Virus record (IMG/VR): IMGVR_UViG_3300045927_000329
Coordinates: 7,618-71,617 of that record
Source: a virus
Reading direction: 5' to 3' (one strand)
Length of the DNA stretch: 64,000 bases
Shown: in pieces, positions 61,285 to 64,000 of the stretch
Layout: each line of letters begins with the position of its first letter
Numbering within the stretch: position 1 is the stretch's first letter
Program-made: the position numbers and the translations under genes
Notes under the pieces: model-generated
Told to the model about the DNA's origin: nothing
Databases searched by the model: none
What the model saw: only the letters and a program-made list of their open reading frames with translations

Positions 61285-64000
61285 TCAGGCGATGACGCGC
61301 TGCAGGTCGCTCCAGTCCTCGCCGTCCTCGTCTTCGATCGGCTCGGCGACCCACTCGCTCTCGTAGCCCGGCACGACGATCTCCTCCATCGTCGCCCAGT
61401 CGTTGCCGGCCTTGGCCGCCACCCCGATCGCCACATGCGCGCCCGGCCGCCCCCAGCTCGCCGGCAGCGGCTGCTCGACCACCGGCCGCTGCATCTCCAT
61501 GCAGACGATCTCCACCACGCGGTCCCACAGCCGGTGCGGCACGTCGAGCAGCATCGAGTCATGGACCGGCGCGCGCAGCGGCGTCCGCCCGAAGTAGGCA
61601 TTGCCGATGTAGCTGCTGGAGTCCCGATCCGCGAACAGCCGCAGCAGCGCCTCGATCAAGATCCCCGCCGCGATCGACTGCGGGTAGAACGCCAAGACGC
61701 GCTTGCCGTCCTCGCCCAGGCTCACCCGGAACCACTGCCCGTTGATCTCGATGACCGGCGGCTCCTGCCCGAGCTTCCGGCACTTGGCGACCAGGCGGTA
61801 GTACTGCGTCGTCGTCAGGCGCTTGTAGTTGTAGACCGACCAGAACCAGTGCTTGTAGCCGAACGGGTGATCGCCGGGGCCTCCGAGGTAGTGCTGCCGG
61901 CCGGCGCGCTCCTGCGTGCGCGTCTGCCACGCCGCGACCTTCGGCGCCATCTGCTCGAAGATCTTCGCGTAGCGCTGCGCGGTCGCCTGGGTGGGGAAGA
62001 GGTGCGGGAACTGCAGCTGCATCCCGGGCACGGTCAGCCCGTACGCCCGCCCGTGGATATACCTCTTCGCCGGCTCGTAGATCTCGGGGTGGTCTTTCTT
62101 GGCGGCCTTGAACAGGGCGCGAAGCTCGCCGTCGCTGCGCCCGGGATCGTACGGCTCCCCCAAGACATGCGTCACGAGCGCGCCGTGGACGCCGAGCTTC
62201 GCGAGTCGATAATACTCCGCATCCTGCGCACACCAGCCGGTCTCCACGCTCTCGATCGCTGCGAAGTCGACCTCCAGCAGCCGACACCCCGGCGACGCGA
62301 CGATGCACTTCCTGAAGCCGGCCGCCAGCCCCGCCGGCCCGCCCTTGTCGCTGACCACGTTGGTGATGTTCGGGGAGGTATAAGACAATCGCCCGGTCGA
62401 GGGCTTGAAGGTCGGCACCGGATGCAGGCGGTCCTCCGCGTCGAGTCTTCTCTCCGTGCCCTCGACATAGGTTCCCTGCACCTTGCCGATCGCCCGGTAA
62501 TCCAACAGCGCCTGGTAGAACGGATCCTTCGTCGTGCGCGCCAGCCGCTCTAACGTCTCCCGGTTGGTCGACTCTTCGCTCTTGGTCTTCTTGGCGCGCC
62601 CGGGCCGGTGCTTGCGGTGCTTGATGTAGCTGAGGACCTGGGCGACGCTGTCCGGGTTGAACGGCTCCTGCCAGAACCAGCGGGTGACGGTGGCGACGAC
62701 AAGATCAACTCCAGCCCGTAGCGGTTCACCAGGTTGTAGATCTTCCGCAGCTGCGGGGCGTCGGCCGGTCGCTCCAGCGCCCACCGATTGAGGATCGCAA
62801 CGATGGCGCCGATGGACTTCCGTTGCGCCGCACGCGCGGCAGACCAGGACCTCTCGGAGGACGAGCTTCTCGACGATGCGCGCTTTGGCATACAGCTCCT
62901 GCTTCAGCTCACTGGTCGGCTTCCCCTTCCGCTTCTCCCCCTTCCGCGTGAACGCGCTCGCCTTGACATGCAGCACGTTGTCGAGCGGCCGGCGCACCAG
63001 CCCCTGCTTCGGCGTCAGCGGCGCCAGCGCCTCGGGCACCAGCGTCTGCAGCAGCTCGACCCGCTCGCGCGCCTTCTCGGCCAGCGACTGCTTGAAGGCC
63101 AGTAGTCTTGGCCGGTCGACCTTCACGCCCACCAGCTGCGCCGGCCGCAGCACCTCGGTCAGCAGGCGGTGCGTGTGCCGCATGGCCATCGGGTACATGC
63201 CCTGGTCGACCAGGTCCTGCACGATGCCGAAGCCCACCCGGTGCGTCTGCAACGCGTCGATCGCGCCGTAGCGCGCCGGCTCGCTGTCGGCCAGGTGCTT
63301 CCACGGGCCGAAGTCGCTGTAGAACGGCGCGACGAACCCGAGGCCCCGCGGCACGTCTGACTGCAGCTTCTTCCACAACCACATCAGGTCGACGGCCTTG
63401 CCCGAGTCCTCCTCGCCGAGCAGCGTCGCCTTCACCTGCCGGATGAAGTCGTACTCGCGGTTCCACATCCAGATGTGCCCCGGGCTCGCGTAGAGCCGCC
63501 GCAGCTCGTCGAGGTACGGGCCGGCGTGCGGGACGGTGACGCCCTCGTCCGGGTGGCAGGCGACGTTGTGCCGCAGCAGGTGGAAGCTGACGTCGTCGGC
63601 GCCGATCTCGCCCTCGTCCTGGCCGCCGGCCTTGTCCGGCGTCTCGACGTCGCTAGAGATCGGATAGGCGCCCGGGTCCTGCGTGCGCGCGGCGACCACC
63701 TGGTCGACCCAGGCGCGGAACCAGTCGATCGGCGGGTCGACCACCAGCGAGTGGTTGCTCACCGGCGCGCCGCTCGTCCGCGCCTGCTCGGCGCGTCGCA
63801 GGTCCCACAGCACGGTGCCGATCAGGTTGGTCGCGCCGCGCTGCAGGAAGCTCGGGTGGAAGGTGGGCACGACCCAGAAGCGGTTGGTCGGGTCGCGCAG
63901 GATCGCCCCGTGGAAGTCCTGCACCTTCAGCTTCTTCTTGTGCTCCAGGCCGAGCACCCGCCTGAGCGCGCTCATCCCCATCGGCACGACGACCTGCGGG
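61285..64000 (-). CDS. polA: Family A DNA polymerase fused to an N-terminal uracil-DNA glycosylase-like domain (5' end outside window)
   Basis: UDG-like VVPMG and VVPTFHPSFL; exonuclease SDVET; STGRLS...PN, motif A EVDFAAIE, motif B KRYIHGRAYG, PQSIAA, motif C VHDS. Confidence 0.9.
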   Translation of the reverse strand, partial: PQVVVPMGMSALRRVLGLEHKKKLKVQDFHGAILRDPTNRFWVVPTFHPSFLQRGATNLIGTVLWDLRRAEQARTSGAPVSNHSLVVDPPIDWFRAWVDQVVAARTQDPGAYPISSDVETPDKAGGQDEGEIGADDVSFHLLRHNVACHPDEGVTVPHAGPYLDELRRLYASPGHIWMWNREYDFIRQVKATLLGEEDSGKAVDLMWLWKKLQSDVPRGLGFVAPFYSDFGPWKHLADSEPARYGAIDALQTHRVGFGIVQDLVDQGMYPMAMRHTHRLLTEVLRPAQLVGVKVDRPRLLAFKQSLAEKARERVELLQTLVPEALAPLTPKQGLVRRPLDNVLHVKASAFTRKGEKRKGKPTSELKQELYAKARIVEKLVLREVLVCRACGATEVHRRHRCDPQSVGAGATGRRPAAAEDLQPGEPLRAGVDLVVATVTRWFWQEPFNPDSVAQVLSYIKHRKHRPGRAKKTKSEESTNRETLERLARTTKDPFYQALLDYRAIGKVQGTYVEGTERRLDAEDRLHPVPTFKPSTGRLSYTSPNITNVVSDKGGPAGLAAGFRKCIVASPGCRLLEVDFAAIESVETGWCAQDAEYYRLAKLGVHGALVTHVLGEPYDPGRSDGELRALFKAAKKDHPEIYEPAKRYIHGRAYGLTVPGMQLQFPHLFPTQATAQRYAKIFEQMAPKVAAWQTRTQERAGRQHYLGGPGDHPFGYKHWFWSVYNYKRLTTTQYYRLVAKCRKLGQEPPVIEINGQWFRVSLGEDGKRVLAFYPQSIAAGILIEALLRLFADRDSSSYIGNAYFGRTPLRAPVHDSMLLDVPHRLWDRVVEIVCMEMQRPVVEQPLPASWGRPGAHVAIGVAAKAGNDWATMEEIVVPGYESEWVAEPIEDEDGEDWSDLQRVIA

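Overview
The window looks like a nearly complete, probably circularly permuted, high-GC tailed dsDNA bacteriophage genome of podovirus type: terminase, portal, scaffold, capsid, adaptors, nozzle, fibres and ejection proteins are present, but no tape measure or sheath. Minus-strand early and replication genes lie at both ends: a cold-shock protein, an Acb2/Tad1-like sponge, a Sak4-like ATPase, a Cas4-like exonuclease, DUF932 and a UDG-PolA fusion. Plus-strand late genes run from about 15.9 to 59.1 kb. The most unusual feature is an antisense island at 27.6-31.1 kb inside the structural region. It holds a tandem array of short, unrelated ORFs joined by eight copies of a 25-30 bp direct repeat (minus strand GTGACGGGCGCCGCCGATGACCGCCGCTGA). 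The full 30-bp form has stop codons in all three frames plus the ATG of the next gene, which suggests a repeat-delimited, translationally coupled gene-cassette system. All family assignments come from motif recognition by eye; no database searches were run. The host cannot be determined from the sequence.
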